Positions 1 through 9,964 of a stretch of DNA of 64,000 nt are shown here, piece by piece. The stretch's first letter is position 1; each line of letters starts with the position of its first letter. Source of the stretch: Candidatus Giovannonibacteria bacterium RIFOXYD1_FULL_48_21. GTDB lineage: Bacteria > Patescibacteriota > Minisyncoccia > JACPKW01 > UBA11713. Below the pieces are notes generated by a model. The model worked only from the letters and a program-made list of their open reading frames with translations. It had not been told where the DNA came from and did no database searches. The translations under genes were made by a program, and so were the position numbers. Location of the stretch: contig MFIU01000001.1 in NCBI GenBank assembly GCA_001778985.1, positions 190,934 through 254,933 of the forward strand, given 5' to 3'.

Positions 1-553
1 CCATATCCGCCTGGGCGTTCGCTCTTATGATATGTTTGACGAGCGAAGGTACGCCCTCACGGTTTTGCAAACGATTTTGGGCGGGAATTGGTCCTCGCGC
101 TTGTTCATGGAACTGCGGGAGAAGCTCGGACTCACTTATTACGTCAGGGCTTTTCAGGAGCAGTACACCGATACGGGCTATCTTATGGCCGCGGCTGGCG
201 TTCCCCACGAAAAACTGCCGGAAACGGCCCGAAAAATTGTGGAGATTTTGCGTTTGTTTCGGACGAAAGGCGTTTCGGAAAAGGAGATTAAATTTGCAAA
301 AGAGTACATCCGCGGCTCCATGGCGCTCGCCTTCGAATCCACGGATGAGGTGGCGACTTTCCTCGCTTCCCAGGAGCTTTTCTATAAAAAAATTCTCACC
401 CCTCCGGAGGTCTTGGCCAAGATTGAGCGGGTTCAAAGAGATGATATCATGAAGATAGCTCGCGACATTTTCCGGCCGGAGAAAGTCAATCTCGCGGCCA
501 TCGGTCCGCATGACAATATCCAGGCATATGAGAAAATTTTAGCTAAATTATAA
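1..553 (+). CDS. M16 family zinc peptidase, C-terminal part (5'-truncated by window edge)
   Basis: Frame is open from the window start; ILGGNWSSRLFMELREKLGLTYYV matches the M16 C-terminal SRLF..REK.GL.Y motif. Confidence 0.85.
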   Translation, partial: HIRLGVRSYDMFDERRYALTVLQTILGGNWSSRLFMELREKLGLTYYVRAFQEQYTDTGYLMAAAGVPHEKLPETARKIVEILRLFRTKGVSEKEIKFAKEYIRGSMALAFESTDEVATFLASQELFYKKILTPPEVLAKIERVQRDDIMKIARDIFRPEKVNLAAIGPHDNIQAYEKILAKL

Positions 554-558
554 GCATA

Positions 559-1596
559 ATGGACCAGCAAAAAATAACCATTGACATTTCGACCTCGACG
601 CTCCTACGCTTTTTACTGCTGGCCGTCTTGTTTTGGCTGTTTTATCAGCTGCGGGAAGTGATCGCCATTCTATTAGCCTCGGTGGTGATCGCTTCGGCGG
701 TAGAGCCAGCGGCCCATTGGTTTTCGAGCTATAAAATTCCACGCTTGTTGGGAGTGTTATTTGTATATTTGGTGGCTTTTGCCGTTCTGGGTTTGGTTTT
801 TTACCTGGTACTGCCGCCCCTGGTTTCGGATTTGGCCGGATTTCTTTCAGATTTGCCCAGCTACCTTGAAAAAAGTTTTGAGCCCACCAATATTTTGTTT
901 TTTCTGCCCCAGCTTCCGACCGGTTTTTCCGCGGTCTTGCGCGAGGCTGTCTTGAATCTGGAGCTTATTTCGCCGGGCACGGCCGCCGACTTATTCAGCA
1001 CCGCCGCCGCGATTTTCGGAGGCGCCCTTTCTTTTTTCTTGATTATCGTCATCTCCTTTTATCTTTCTGTGCAGGAGCATGGCATCGAGAATTTTTTGAG
1101 AATCGTGACGCCGCGCGAGTACGAAGGCTACATTTTGGATCTCTGGACGAGAAGCCGCCGGAAGATAGGCTGGTGGCTCCAGGGGCAATTTCTTTTGGGA
1201 ATTTTGGTCGGGGTCTTGGTGTTTTTGGGCCTCACGATTCTGGGAGTCAACTACGCGCTTCTGCTCGCGATTCTGACCGCGATTTTCGAGGTTATTCCGG
1301 TCTTCGGGCCGGTGATCGCCGCGATTCCCGCGGTCGGGATCGCTCTTTTGCAAAAGCCGATTTTAGGCTTGGCGGTTTTAATTCTTTACGTAATCGTCCA
1401 GCAGTTTGAAAACCATCTGATTTATCCTTTGGTGGTCAGCAAGACTATCGGCATCCCGCCGCTTCTGGTGATTTTGTCGCTCGTCATCGGCGGAACCCTC
1501 GCTGGTTTTTTCGGTCTCTTATTGGCGGTTCCAGTGGCCACGGTTTTGATGGAATTTATAAACGACCTCGCCCGCAAAAAAGAGATTCAGCTTTGA
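559..1596 (+). CDS. AI-2E/PerM family transporter
   Basis: Multi-TM protein with IPVFGPVI, QQFENHLIYPLV and GLLLAVP motifs. Confidence 0.85.
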   Translation: MDQQKITIDISTSTLLRFLLLAVLFWLFYQLREVIAILLASVVIASAVEPAAHWFSSYKIPRLLGVLFVYLVAFAVLGLVFYLVLPPLVSDLAGFLSDLPSYLEKSFEPTNILFFLPQLPTGFSAVLREAVLNLELISPGTAADLFSTAAAIFGGALSFFLIIVISFYLSVQEHGIENFLRIVTPREYEGYILDLWTRSRRKIGWWLQGQFLLGILVGVLVFLGLTILGVNYALLLAILTAIFEVIPVFGPVIAAIPAVGIALLQKPILGLAVLILYVIVQQFENHLIYPLVVSKTIGIPPLLVILSLVIGGTLAGFFGLLLAVPVATVLMEFINDLARKKEIQL

Positions 1597-1599
1597 GGG

Positions 1600-3132
1600 A
1601 TGTCAAAATTCTATATAACCACTCCCATCTATTATGTGAATGCCCCACCTCACCTGGGGCATGCTATTACGAGCGTTCTGGCTGACATCGTCGCCCGCTA
1701 CCATCGTCTTTCAGGAAAAGAGGTTTTTTTTCTGACCGGAACCGATGAGCACGGTGCTAAAATTTTACGCGCTTCCGAAAAGGCCGGGCGCGAAGTTTCA
1801 TCGTTCGTTGTCGAGATAAGAGAAAGTTTTAGAAATTTATCTCCAGCGCTCAATCTTTCCAACGATGATTTTATTTATACCCCCGACAAGAAACGCCACT
1901 GGCCCGGAGCCCAGAAGCTTTGGCAAAAACTTAAAGAAGCAGGTGATATCTATAAAGGAAAATATAAAGGACTTTACTGCGTAGGGCACGAAGCTTTTGT
2001 TACCGAGAAAGATTTGGTGGGCGGAAAATGCGCCGACCATGATGAAAAACCGCAATTGATTGAAGAGGAGAACTATTTTTTTAGACTTTCTAAATATACA
2101 GCCGAGATTAAGAGGCGAATCGAATCCAAGGAACTTTTAATCTTGCCAGAAAGCCGCCGAAACGAAGTTTTGGCTTTAATGGGAGAGGGGCTGAAAGATG
2201 TAAGTTTTTCCAGGCCTAGCCAGGATATTTCGTGGGGCATTCCGGTTCCGGGAGACGAAAGTCAGACCATGTATGTCTGGTGCGACGCGCTTTCTAACTA
2301 TATTTCAGCTCTTGGTTATGGAAGCGAAGACGAAACTAAATTTTTGAAATTCTGGCCGGCAGATATTCATTTCATTGGTAAAGATATCTTGCGTTTTCAT
2401 GCCGCCATCTGGCCCGGAATGCTGTTATCTGCCGGGCTTCTTTTACCGAGAGAACTGGTGGTCACGGGAATGATTCAGGTTGGCGGCCGCAAGATGTCCA
2501 AGACCTTGGGGAATGTGGCTGACCCTTTCGAGCTGGTGGAGCATTTCGGCGCCGACGCGGTTCGTTACTATTTATCGCGCGAGGTGCCGGTTTTCGACGA
2601 CGGCGATTTTACCCAAGAAAAATTTTCTCAAGCCTACGAAGGAAATCTCGTGAACGGACTCGGCAATTATGTGCAGAGAATTTCGACCATGGTTCGGAAT
2701 TATTTCGATTCGCGCTTAGAGAAGCCGGCCGAGGAAGAAATTTTGAAAGCGCCTCTGAAGAAGGGCGAAGTTGAGTATGTTTCCGTTCCGTATTTCATCG
2801 AGAAGATAGTTTTTCCTGAATACAAAAAAACTATGGATAATCTGGAGTTGAATCGGGCGAGCGACGCCGTCTTCGGACTTTTGAAAGAACTAGACGGCTA
2901 TGTCCAACATTACGAGCCCTTCCATCTGATCGAAACCGACAAAGAAAAAACCAGAGTAGTTCTATGGAACCTGGCTTATGGCGCGGTTTCGCTGGCCTGG
3001 TTTCTGGCTCCGTTTCTTCCCCAAACCTCCGATAAAATTTTTGATATTTTCGGGGTCGTCGGAAAGCCGCAGAGCGAGTGGAACACTTTTGTCGTGAAAG
3101 AGCATAAGGCGCTCTTTCCTCGCAAATTGTGA
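1600..3132 (+). CDS. metG: Methionine--tRNA ligase (short form)
   Basis: YITTPIYYVNAPPHLGH (HIGH), TGTDEHG, YVWCDAL, KMSKT. Confidence 0.97.
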   Translation: MSKFYITTPIYYVNAPPHLGHAITSVLADIVARYHRLSGKEVFFLTGTDEHGAKILRASEKAGREVSSFVVEIRESFRNLSPALNLSNDDFIYTPDKKRHWPGAQKLWQKLKEAGDIYKGKYKGLYCVGHEAFVTEKDLVGGKCADHDEKPQLIEEENYFFRLSKYTAEIKRRIESKELLILPESRRNEVLALMGEGLKDVSFSRPSQDISWGIPVPGDESQTMYVWCDALSNYISALGYGSEDETKFLKFWPADIHFIGKDILRFHAAIWPGMLLSAGLLLPRELVVTGMIQVGGRKMSKTLGNVADPFELVEHFGADAVRYYLSREVPVFDDGDFTQEKFSQAYEGNLVNGLGNYVQRISTMVRNYFDSRLEKPAEEEILKAPLKKGEVEYVSVPYFIEKIVFPEYKKTMDNLELNRASDAVFGLLKELDGYVQHYEPFHLIETDKEKTRVVLWNLAYGAVSLAWFLAPFLPQTSDKIFDIFGVVGKPQSEWNTFVVKEHKALFPRKL

Positions 3133-3953
3133 AATTGTTCGATGTTCATACCCATGTCCAGTTCGCGGCTTTTAAGGATGATTGGCACGAGGTTATAAAG
3201 CGCGCGCTCGACGATAAGGTCTGGCTGATTAACGTCGGAACGCAGAAAAACACGTCGGCCGAGGCAATCGAAATTTCGAAACATTACTCCGAGGGAATAT
3301 ATGCCACGGTAGGGCTCCACCCCATTCATACCGAAAAATCATATCATGACAAACAAGAGCTCGGCGGCACTGGAGGTTTCGAAAGCCGCCGAGAGGATTT
3401 CGATTATGAATACTATAAAAAACTCGCTCAACATCCTAACGTTGTTGCCGTCGGCGAGTGCGGGTTGGATTATTATCGCTTCGGCGAAGAAACGAAAAAG
3501 AAACAGAGAGGAGCTTTTGAAAAACAAATTCAGCTTGCCGAAGAGATTGGAAAGCCGCTCATGATTCACTGCCGCAACGCATTTGATGACTTGGTTTCAA
3601 TTCTTGAATCCAAAATCTTGAATCTTGAATCTCCTGGCGTGGTCCATTTTTTCTCCGGCACGAAAGAAGACGCCAAAAAATTGATGGACTTGGGATTTTC
3701 TTTCTCTTTCGGCGGGGTTTTGACTTTTACGCATGACTACGACGAAGTGGTTCGATATACGGCACTCGATAGAATTTTGCTTGAAACTGACGCGCCTTAC
3801 GTCGCGCCGGTGCCGTATCGCGGCAAACGCAACGAGCCGAGCTATATCGTTGAAGTCGCCAAAAAAATCGCCGAGCTGAAAAAGATAAATTTAGAAGAAG
3901 TTGCCCGAATTACTTTTCAAAACGCCGAAAGGATTTTCTTGAAAAAAAGCTAG
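3129..3953 (+). CDS. tatD: TatD family hydrolase
   Basis: DVHTH, GLHP, GECGLDY, IHCR, ETDAPY; follows metG. Confidence 0.93.
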   Translation: MKLFDVHTHVQFAAFKDDWHEVIKRALDDKVWLINVGTQKNTSAEAIEISKHYSEGIYATVGLHPIHTEKSYHDKQELGGTGGFESRREDFDYEYYKKLAQHPNVVAVGECGLDYYRFGEETKKKQRGAFEKQIQLAEEIGKPLMIHCRNAFDDLVSILESKILNLESPGVVHFFSGTKEDAKKLMDLGFSFSFGGVLTFTHDYDEVVRYTALDRILLETDAPYVAPVPYRGKRNEPSYIVEVAKKIAELKKINLEEVARITFQNAERIFLKKS

Positions 3954-3973
3954 GAAAATCGTAAAATTTTGGA

Positions 3974-6715
3974 ATGGCGGGTTTTTCGAGAATTGAGAAA
4001 AAATGGAACGCTCTCTGGAGAAAGACCGGGGTTTTTGAGCCAGAGTTAGGGCGTGCGAAAAAGCCCTTTTATAACTTGATGATGTTTCCGTACCCTTCGG
4101 CCGAGGGGCTCCATGTCGGGAATATGTACGCTTTTGTGGGCTCGGATATTTATGGGCGCTTTCAGCGGATGCGTGGCAATGACGTTTTTGAGCCGATTGG
4201 CTTGGACGGCTTTGGGATTCATTCTGAAAACTATGCTTTGAAAGTAAAAAGGCATCCCGCCAAGCAGGCGAAAATTTCCGAGAAAAATTTTTACCGCCAA
4301 CTCGGGATGATTGGTAACGGCTTTGCCTGGAAGGAGAAACTCGAAACCTATGACCCCGAATACTACAAATGGACCCAGTGGATTTTTGTCCAGATGTTTA
4401 AAAAGGGATTAGCGTATCGCAAGAAACAGGCGGTCAACTGGTGTCCTGACTGCAAAACCGTTTTGGCGGATGAACAAGTCGTTTCGGGAGAGTGCGAACG
4501 TTGCGAATCGAAGGTAATTAAAAAAGAACTCGAGCAGTGGTTTTTCAGAATCACGAATTACGCCGAGCGGCTTTTGAAGGATTTGGAAAAAATCGACTGG
4601 TCGGAAAAGGTGAAAATCGCCCAGAGAAATTGGATTGGACGCTCGGAAGGAGTGGAAATAGAATTCAAAATTCAAAATTCAAATCTCAAAATTAAGGTAT
4701 TTACTACTCGACCGGATACGCTTTTTGGTGCGACTTATATGGTTCTGTCGCCGGAGCACGAGCTGATAGGAAAGCTGGAATCAAGAATTAAAAATTACCA
4801 AGAAGTCAAAAAATATATTCAAAAAGCGAGAACACCTGCGGAGGACAAAGAAAAAACTGGAGTGGAGTTGAAAGGAATTAAAGCTGTAAATCCGGCAAAC
4901 AAAGAGGAAATCCCAATCTGGGTCGCTGATTATGTTTTGGGCGGCGTGGGCACCGGCGCCATTATGGCCGTTCCGGCGCACGATGAGCGCGATTTTGAGT
5001 TCGCGAAGAAGTTCAAACTACCGATTAAACCAGTGATTCGGCGGGCAGATATACCCATACGCAGCGTTCTTATGGGATTTGATAATATTCACAGCGAAGA
5101 GTTGGTCTCTTTGGGGATTAAGGAAGTTTGGCCGGCGGACAAAAATCATAAGTATATTGAGATTCCAGAAAATTCTTTGCCTGCCTTTGAGAAATTAATT
5201 CGAGAGAAAATGACGCCAGGATTTTGGAATGAATATATTACCCATCAACGTGTAATTTTTATTTTCAAGGATAAAAACGGCCTGGTGGAACGTTTGGAAC
5301 TAACACCAGGAACTGACAATAAAATTAATCGCCTCTCCGCTATTTATAATAATGAGCCGGAGCCCAAAGGGAGCGTTTGGAATTGGCTACCAGATGTACC
5401 TTTTTATAAAGAGCTTTTTATTCACACTGAACGAGGTATATTAATTAACTCTGCTAAATTTAGCGGCATGGATTCCGAGGAAGCGAAATGGGAAATCACG
5501 AAATTTGTAGGCGGCGAGAGAAAAGTTCAATATCGCCTGCGGGACTGGCTGATTTCGAGGCAGAGATATTGGGGCCCGCCGATTCCGATGATTTTTTGCG
5601 AAAAATGTAATTGGCAGCCGGTGCCGGAGCAAGATTTGCCGGTGAAGCTTCCTTATTTAAAGGACTGGCGGCCGAAGGGGACAGGTGTTTCGCCTTTGGC
5701 GTCAGAGTCCAAGTTTTACAAGGTTAAGTGCCCAAAATGTAATGGCGAAGCTCGGAGGGAAACCGATGTTTCCGATACTTTTTTGGACTCGGCGTGGTAT
5801 TTTTTCAGATATCTTGACGTGAAAAATAAAAAAGAGATTTTTTCAAAAGCGCTTGCAAGGAAGTGGCTTCCGGTGGATATGTACATCGGCGGGGCAGAGC
5901 ACGCGGTTTTGCATCTTTTGTATGTGCGGTTTATCACCAAAGTTTTTGCGGATTTGGGTTTAGTTGGTTTTCGCGAGCCTTCCAAGAAATTCCGCGCGCA
6001 CGGGCTTTTGATCAAAGATGGGGCGAAGATGTCAAAGTCCCGCGGCAATGTGGTGAGTCCCGATACTTACATTAAAAAATTCGGCGCGGATGCTTTACGG
6101 ATGTATTTGATGTTTTTGGGGCCCTTTGACCAGGGTGGGGATTTTCGCGATTCCGGTATACTCGGGATAACTCGATTTTTGGCGCGCGTGCAAAAATTTG
6201 AGAAAAAACTTGCGAGTACTTCCAAAGAAGGGCTGGCCGAGAATTCCGAACGGATAGTGCACCAAAGCATTAAAAAAATAACCGAAGATATCGAAAGTCT
6301 TCGCTATAATACCGCGGTTTCACAGCTGATGATTCTTTCGAATAAGCTGGAAGAACTTCCCAAAGTGCCTTGGGCGGCTTGGGAAGTTTTTCTGAAACTT
6401 CTCGCGCCCTTCGCGCCTTATATTTCAGAAGAGCTTTATCAGAAATTCGGCAAGAATAAGAGTTTTCGCAAACAAAATTCGGTTCATCTTCAATCTTGGC
6501 CGAAATATAACGCGAAGAAAATAAAGGAAGATGTATTTTTACTAGTGGTGCAGGTTAACGGCAAGGTCCGCGCGACGATTCAGGCGCCGGTCGGAATTTC
6601 GGAGAAGGACGCGGAACGGATTGCGCTTGCGAACGAAAACGTGAAAAAATATTTGTTGCCCGGTCTGCGTAAAACCATTTTTGTTCCGGATAAATTGATA
6701 AATTTTGTAGTATGA
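3974..6715 (+). CDS. leuS: Leucine--tRNA ligase with an internal insertion of about 125 aa
   Basis: MFPYPSAEGLHVGN, FTTRPDTLFG, GTGAIMAVPAHDERD, DWLISRQRYWG, KMSKS. Confidence 0.97.
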   Translation: MAGFSRIEKKWNALWRKTGVFEPELGRAKKPFYNLMMFPYPSAEGLHVGNMYAFVGSDIYGRFQRMRGNDVFEPIGLDGFGIHSENYALKVKRHPAKQAKISEKNFYRQLGMIGNGFAWKEKLETYDPEYYKWTQWIFVQMFKKGLAYRKKQAVNWCPDCKTVLADEQVVSGECERCESKVIKKELEQWFFRITNYAERLLKDLEKIDWSEKVKIAQRNWIGRSEGVEIEFKIQNSNLKIKVFTTRPDTLFGATYMVLSPEHELIGKLESRIKNYQEVKKYIQKARTPAEDKEKTGVELKGIKAVNPANKEEIPIWVADYVLGGVGTGAIMAVPAHDERDFEFAKKFKLPIKPVIRRADIPIRSVLMGFDNIHSEELVSLGIKEVWPADKNHKYIEIPENSLPAFEKLIREKMTPGFWNEYITHQRVIFIFKDKNGLVERLELTPGTDNKINRLSAIYNNEPEPKGSVWNWLPDVPFYKELFIHTERGILINSAKFSGMDSEEAKWEITKFVGGERKVQYRLRDWLISRQRYWGPPIPMIFCEKCNWQPVPEQDLPVKLPYLKDWRPKGTGVSPLASESKFYKVKCPKCNGEARRETDVSDTFLDSAWYFFRYLDVKNKKEIFSKALARKWLPVDMYIGGAEHAVLHLLYVRFITKVFADLGLVGFREPSKKFRAHGLLIKDGAKMSKSRGNVVSPDTYIKKFGADALRMYLMFLGPFDQGGDFRDSGILGITRFLARVQKFEKKLASTSKEGLAENSERIVHQSIKKITEDIESLRYNTAVSQLMILSNKLEELPKVPWAAWEVFLKLLAPFAPYISEELYQKFGKNKSFRKQNSVHLQSWPKYNAKKIKEDVFLLVVQVNGKVRATIQAPVGISEKDAERIALANENVKKYLLPGLRKTIFVPDKLINFVV

Positions 6716-6784
6716 ATCCCGTTAGAAATTCAGCGGGGATCATTAGTCGCGGTGAATGTTTATTGGTTAAATTTCTAACGGGAT
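6716..6784. repeat. Short element bounded by perfect 15-bp inverted repeats (CCCGTTAGA family), copy 1
   Basis: ATCCCGTTAGAAATT (6716-6730) and AATTTCTAACGGGAT (6770-6784); begins right after the leuS TGA and ends in the next ATG. Confidence 0.85.
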
Positions 6785-7475
6785 GAAAGCCATAATTCCC
6801 TGTGCCGGGGAGGGGGTACGGATGCGCCCGCTTACTTTGGAAAAGCCCAAACAGCTTTTGGAAATCGCCGGCAGGCCGATTTTAGTTCGTATTTTTGAAA
6901 ATCTTCCCGATGAAATTGGCGAGGTGGTTTTAGTCGTTGGATATATGGGCGATAAAATCCGGGATTATTTTGGAGACAAATTCCTAGGAAGAAAAATTCG
7001 CTACGTGGAGCAAAAAGAAAAACTCGGAACGGCTGACGCGCTTTGGAGCTGCCGCGATATTTTGGGCGAGGAGCGCTTTTTGATGCTCTACGGCGACGAT
7101 ATTTTGGATAAAGAAAGCATTGAGAGATGTTTGACTCACGACTTGGCGCTCTTGGTTAAAGAAGTTGGTGACCCTCGGAGGTTCGGCGTGGTGGTGGCGG
7201 ATGAAAGAGGCAGAGTGATTGATATTGTAGAAAAGCCGGAAGTCCCTCTTTCCAGTTTGGCTTCCACGGGAGTTAAAGTACTGGACGGCAGGATTTTTGA
7301 CTATCCCGCGCGCCAGCACCCGAATGGCGAGTATTATATAACTGATTCCTTGGCACAACTCATAAAAAACCATGATATTTTTGTGGAGCATGCCAAGTTT
7401 TGGTTTTCCATCGCCACCCCGGAGGATTTAAAAAAAGTTAATGAAAGTTTTAAAATTTTCAGCGAAAAATATTGA
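6783..7475 (+). CDS. Sugar-phosphate nucleotidyltransferase
   Basis: AIIPCAGEGVRMRPLTLEKPKQL, LGTADA, YGDD, VEKP. Confidence 0.9.
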   Translation: MKAIIPCAGEGVRMRPLTLEKPKQLLEIAGRPILVRIFENLPDEIGEVVLVVGYMGDKIRDYFGDKFLGRKIRYVEQKEKLGTADALWSCRDILGEERFLMLYGDDILDKESIERCLTHDLALLVKEVGDPRRFGVVVADERGRVIDIVEKPEVPLSSLASTGVKVLDGRIFDYPARQHPNGEYYITDSLAQLIKNHDIFVEHAKFWFSIATPEDLKKVNESFKIFSEKY

Positions 7476-7941
7476 AGAGGCTGTCCGAGTTTTGAAAAAA
7501 GGCGGCGTGGTTGAGATTCCGACAGACACGGTAGATGGTTTGGTTTGCGATTACTACAACAAAGCCGCCGAGGAAGAGATATTCCGGCTTAAGAAGCGCC
7601 CGAGAGAAAAAATTCTTTCGATTTTTGTGAGTTCGATTGATGAGGTTAAAAAAATTGTTCCGGTGAGCGAGAATCAGGAAAAATTTTTAAGAAAGATCTG
7701 GCCAGGTAAGGTTACGGCAGTTCTTAAAAAAGATGTCGGCGGGTTTAGGATTCCAAATGATGAATTTGTCCTCGAGGTTTTGAAAAAATTCGGCGGGCCT
7801 TTATTGCAGACCTCGGCCAATATTTCAGGCGAACCGCCTGCCGGAGGAACGCCGTCAACCGTCGTGGATTTGACTAAGTGGCCATTCAAAATCCTCCGCC
7901 AAGGCGCAGTTTCAGAAAAGGAATTAAATGAGCTATATTGA
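7441..7941 (+). CDS. tsaC: Threonylcarbamoyl-AMP synthase (Sua5/TsaC), compact
   Basis: PTDTVDGL, KKRP, WPG, RIP, TSANISG, PSTVVD. Confidence 0.85.
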   Translation: MKVLKFSAKNIEEAVRVLKKGGVVEIPTDTVDGLVCDYYNKAAEEEIFRLKKRPREKILSIFVSSIDEVKKIVPVSENQEKFLRKIWPGKVTAVLKKDVGGFRIPNDEFVLEVLKKFGGPLLQTSANISGEPPAGGTPSTVVDLTKWPFKILRQGAVSEKELNELY

Positions 7942-7946
7942 GTGAT

Positions 7947-9119
7947 ATGAAAGACCGGGAAATAGAAAAATTAATTAAAGCGGAAGAGAAACGCCAGAAG
8001 CGGGTGATTAATTTAATTCCCTCGGAAAATTATGTTTCTCAAGACGTGCTTCGGGCGCTGGGCTCGGTGCTGAATAATAAATATTCCGAAGGGTATCCCG
8101 GGAAGCGTTATTACGGCGGAAATGTCATTATCGACAAAGTAGAAAACCTTTGCCGCAAGCGAGCTCTTAAACTTTTCAAATTAAAACCGGAGGAATGGCA
8201 CGTAAACGTGCAGCCGCTTTCGGGGAGCCCGGCGAATCTCGCGGTCTACGCGGCCTTGGTGCCGCTGGGCGGAAAAATCATGGGCTTGACGCTCTCCTCG
8301 GGCGGGCATCTTACCCACGGACAGAAAGGTTCTGTAACCGGAAAAATTTGGACGCAGGTGCCCTACGCGGTTGACCCCAAAACAGAGACGCTTGATTACG
8401 ATGCTCTCCAGAAACTCGCGATACAAGAAAAACCAAATATAGTCGTGGCTGGCTATACGGCTTACCCGCGATTTGTTGATTGGAAAAAATTCAAAGAGAT
8501 AGCAAATGCTTCCGGCGCCATACTTATGGTCGACATGTCTCATATGGCGGGGCTCATTGCCGGCGGAGTATATCCGAGTCCGTTTCCGTACGCGGATGTG
8601 GTGACTACCACAACGCATAAAACTCTCCGCGGCCCGCGCGCCGCGATTATTTTTGCGAAAAAGGACGCGCGAGAATTTGATAAAAAAATCGACAAAGCGA
8701 TTATCCCCGGGCTCCAGGGTGGGCCGCATGAAAACCAAATCGCGGCGGTCGCGGTTTGTCTCAAGGAAGCCATGAATCCCGCGTTTAAAAAGTATGTTAA
8801 GCAAATTATAAAAAACGCGAAAGTATTGGCACTGAGCTTGTCGAAGTGTGGCTGGCGGGTTATTTCGGGGGGCACGGATTCGCATCTGCTTCTGGTAGAC
8901 ACCTGGATGGACGGCAAGGGAATTTCAGGCAAGGATGCCGAAGCCGCTCTTGAAAAAGCCGATATTATCGTAAATAAAAATACGATTCCCGGAGACCAGC
9001 GAAGCCCGCTTGACCCATCCGGCATTCGCCTCGGCACCCCGGCCGTGACCACGCAAGGAATGAAAGAACGCGACATGAAAAAAATCGCCGAAAGAATTCA
9101 TAAGATTTTGTCGCGATGA
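7947..9119 (+). CDS. glyA: Serine hydroxymethyltransferase
   Basis: LIPSEN, YSEGYPGKRYYGG, TTTTHKTLRGPR; ATG 7947 preferred over TTG 7938. Confidence 0.97.
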   Translation: MKDREIEKLIKAEEKRQKRVINLIPSENYVSQDVLRALGSVLNNKYSEGYPGKRYYGGNVIIDKVENLCRKRALKLFKLKPEEWHVNVQPLSGSPANLAVYAALVPLGGKIMGLTLSSGGHLTHGQKGSVTGKIWTQVPYAVDPKTETLDYDALQKLAIQEKPNIVVAGYTAYPRFVDWKKFKEIANASGAILMVDMSHMAGLIAGGVYPSPFPYADVVTTTTHKTLRGPRAAIIFAKKDAREFDKKIDKAIIPGLQGGPHENQIAAVAVCLKEAMNPAFKKYVKQIIKNAKVLALSLSKCGWRVISGGTDSHLLLVDTWMDGKGISGKDAEAALEKADIIVNKNTIPGDQRSPLDPSGIRLGTPAVTTQGMKERDMKKIAERIHKILSR

Positions 9120-9964
9120 TTGTTGACGGCAAAGCGCTTGCGGAGAAAATAAAAGCCGAATTGAAAGCGGATGTTTCGAAGCTAAACAAAAAAATTCGAC
9201 TGGCGGTGGTTAAAATCAGCTCGGATGCCGCGACTGAAAAATTTTTGGAGCAGAAAAGGAAATTCGCAGAGGCGATTGGAGTGGATGTCAGAATTTATGA
9301 AATACATCCGGATATCTCCACGAATAAACTCCGCGAGAAAGTTTCAGAGATTGTGCATATCAAAGAAAACAACGGGGTCATAGTTCAGCTTCCTTTGCCG
9401 CCGCAGATAAACACGCAATATATTCTGGACGCGATAGTTCCGGAAAAAGACCCGGACATGCTTTCTTCTAAAAGCTGGGGAGCGTTTGCGGCCGGATCCG
9501 CCCGCCGGCGGACAAAGATTCTGCCGCCGGTTGCGGGAGCGGTTAAAGCCGTATTTGATGAGCATAAAGTCGAGATTCGCGATAGAAACGCAGTAGTGAT
9601 AGGCGCCGGCCGCCTGGTGGGCAAGCCCCTCGCGACCTGGCTTTTGAACGCCGGGGCCACGGTTTCCGTGATTCACAGGGGCACCAAGAATCCGGAAGAA
9701 TATACTCGAAAAGCCGATATTATTATTTCCGGAGTTGGAAAACCGAAATTGATAACTCCTGTGATGGTGAAAGACGGGGTGGTGGCGATTGATTGCGGCA
9801 CTTCGGAGTCCCCGCCTGGGGCGGGGCAGGCCTCCAGGCAGGTGGTCGGAGATATTGACCCTGGAGTTTCAGAGAAAGCTTCTCTTTTCGCGCCGGTTCC
9901 GGGCGGGGTCGGCCCGGTTACGGTCGCGATGCTGTTTAAAAATCTAGTTGAGCTGTCAAAATGA
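9116..9964 (+). CDS. folD: Methylenetetrahydrofolate dehydrogenase/cyclohydrolase
   Basis: VQLPLP, EKDPD, VGKPLA, PVPGGVGPVTVAML. Confidence 0.95.
   Translation: MIVDGKALAEKIKAELKADVSKLNKKIRLAVVKISSDAATEKFLEQKRKFAEAIGVDVRIYEIHPDISTNKLREKVSEIVHIKENNGVIVQLPLPPQINTQYILDAIVPEKDPDMLSSKSWGAFAAGSARRRTKILPPVAGAVKAVFDEHKVEIRDRNAVVIGAGRLVGKPLATWLLNAGATVSVIHRGTKNPEEYTRKADIIISGVGKPKLITPVMVKDGVVAIDCGTSESPPGAGQASRQVVGDIDPGVSEKASLFAPVPGGVGPVTVAMLFKNLVELSK

Noticed and set aside
5039-5420. Intein in leuS
   Set aside because: No N-terminal Cys/Ser with C-terminal His-Asn and no LAGLIDADG motif seen.
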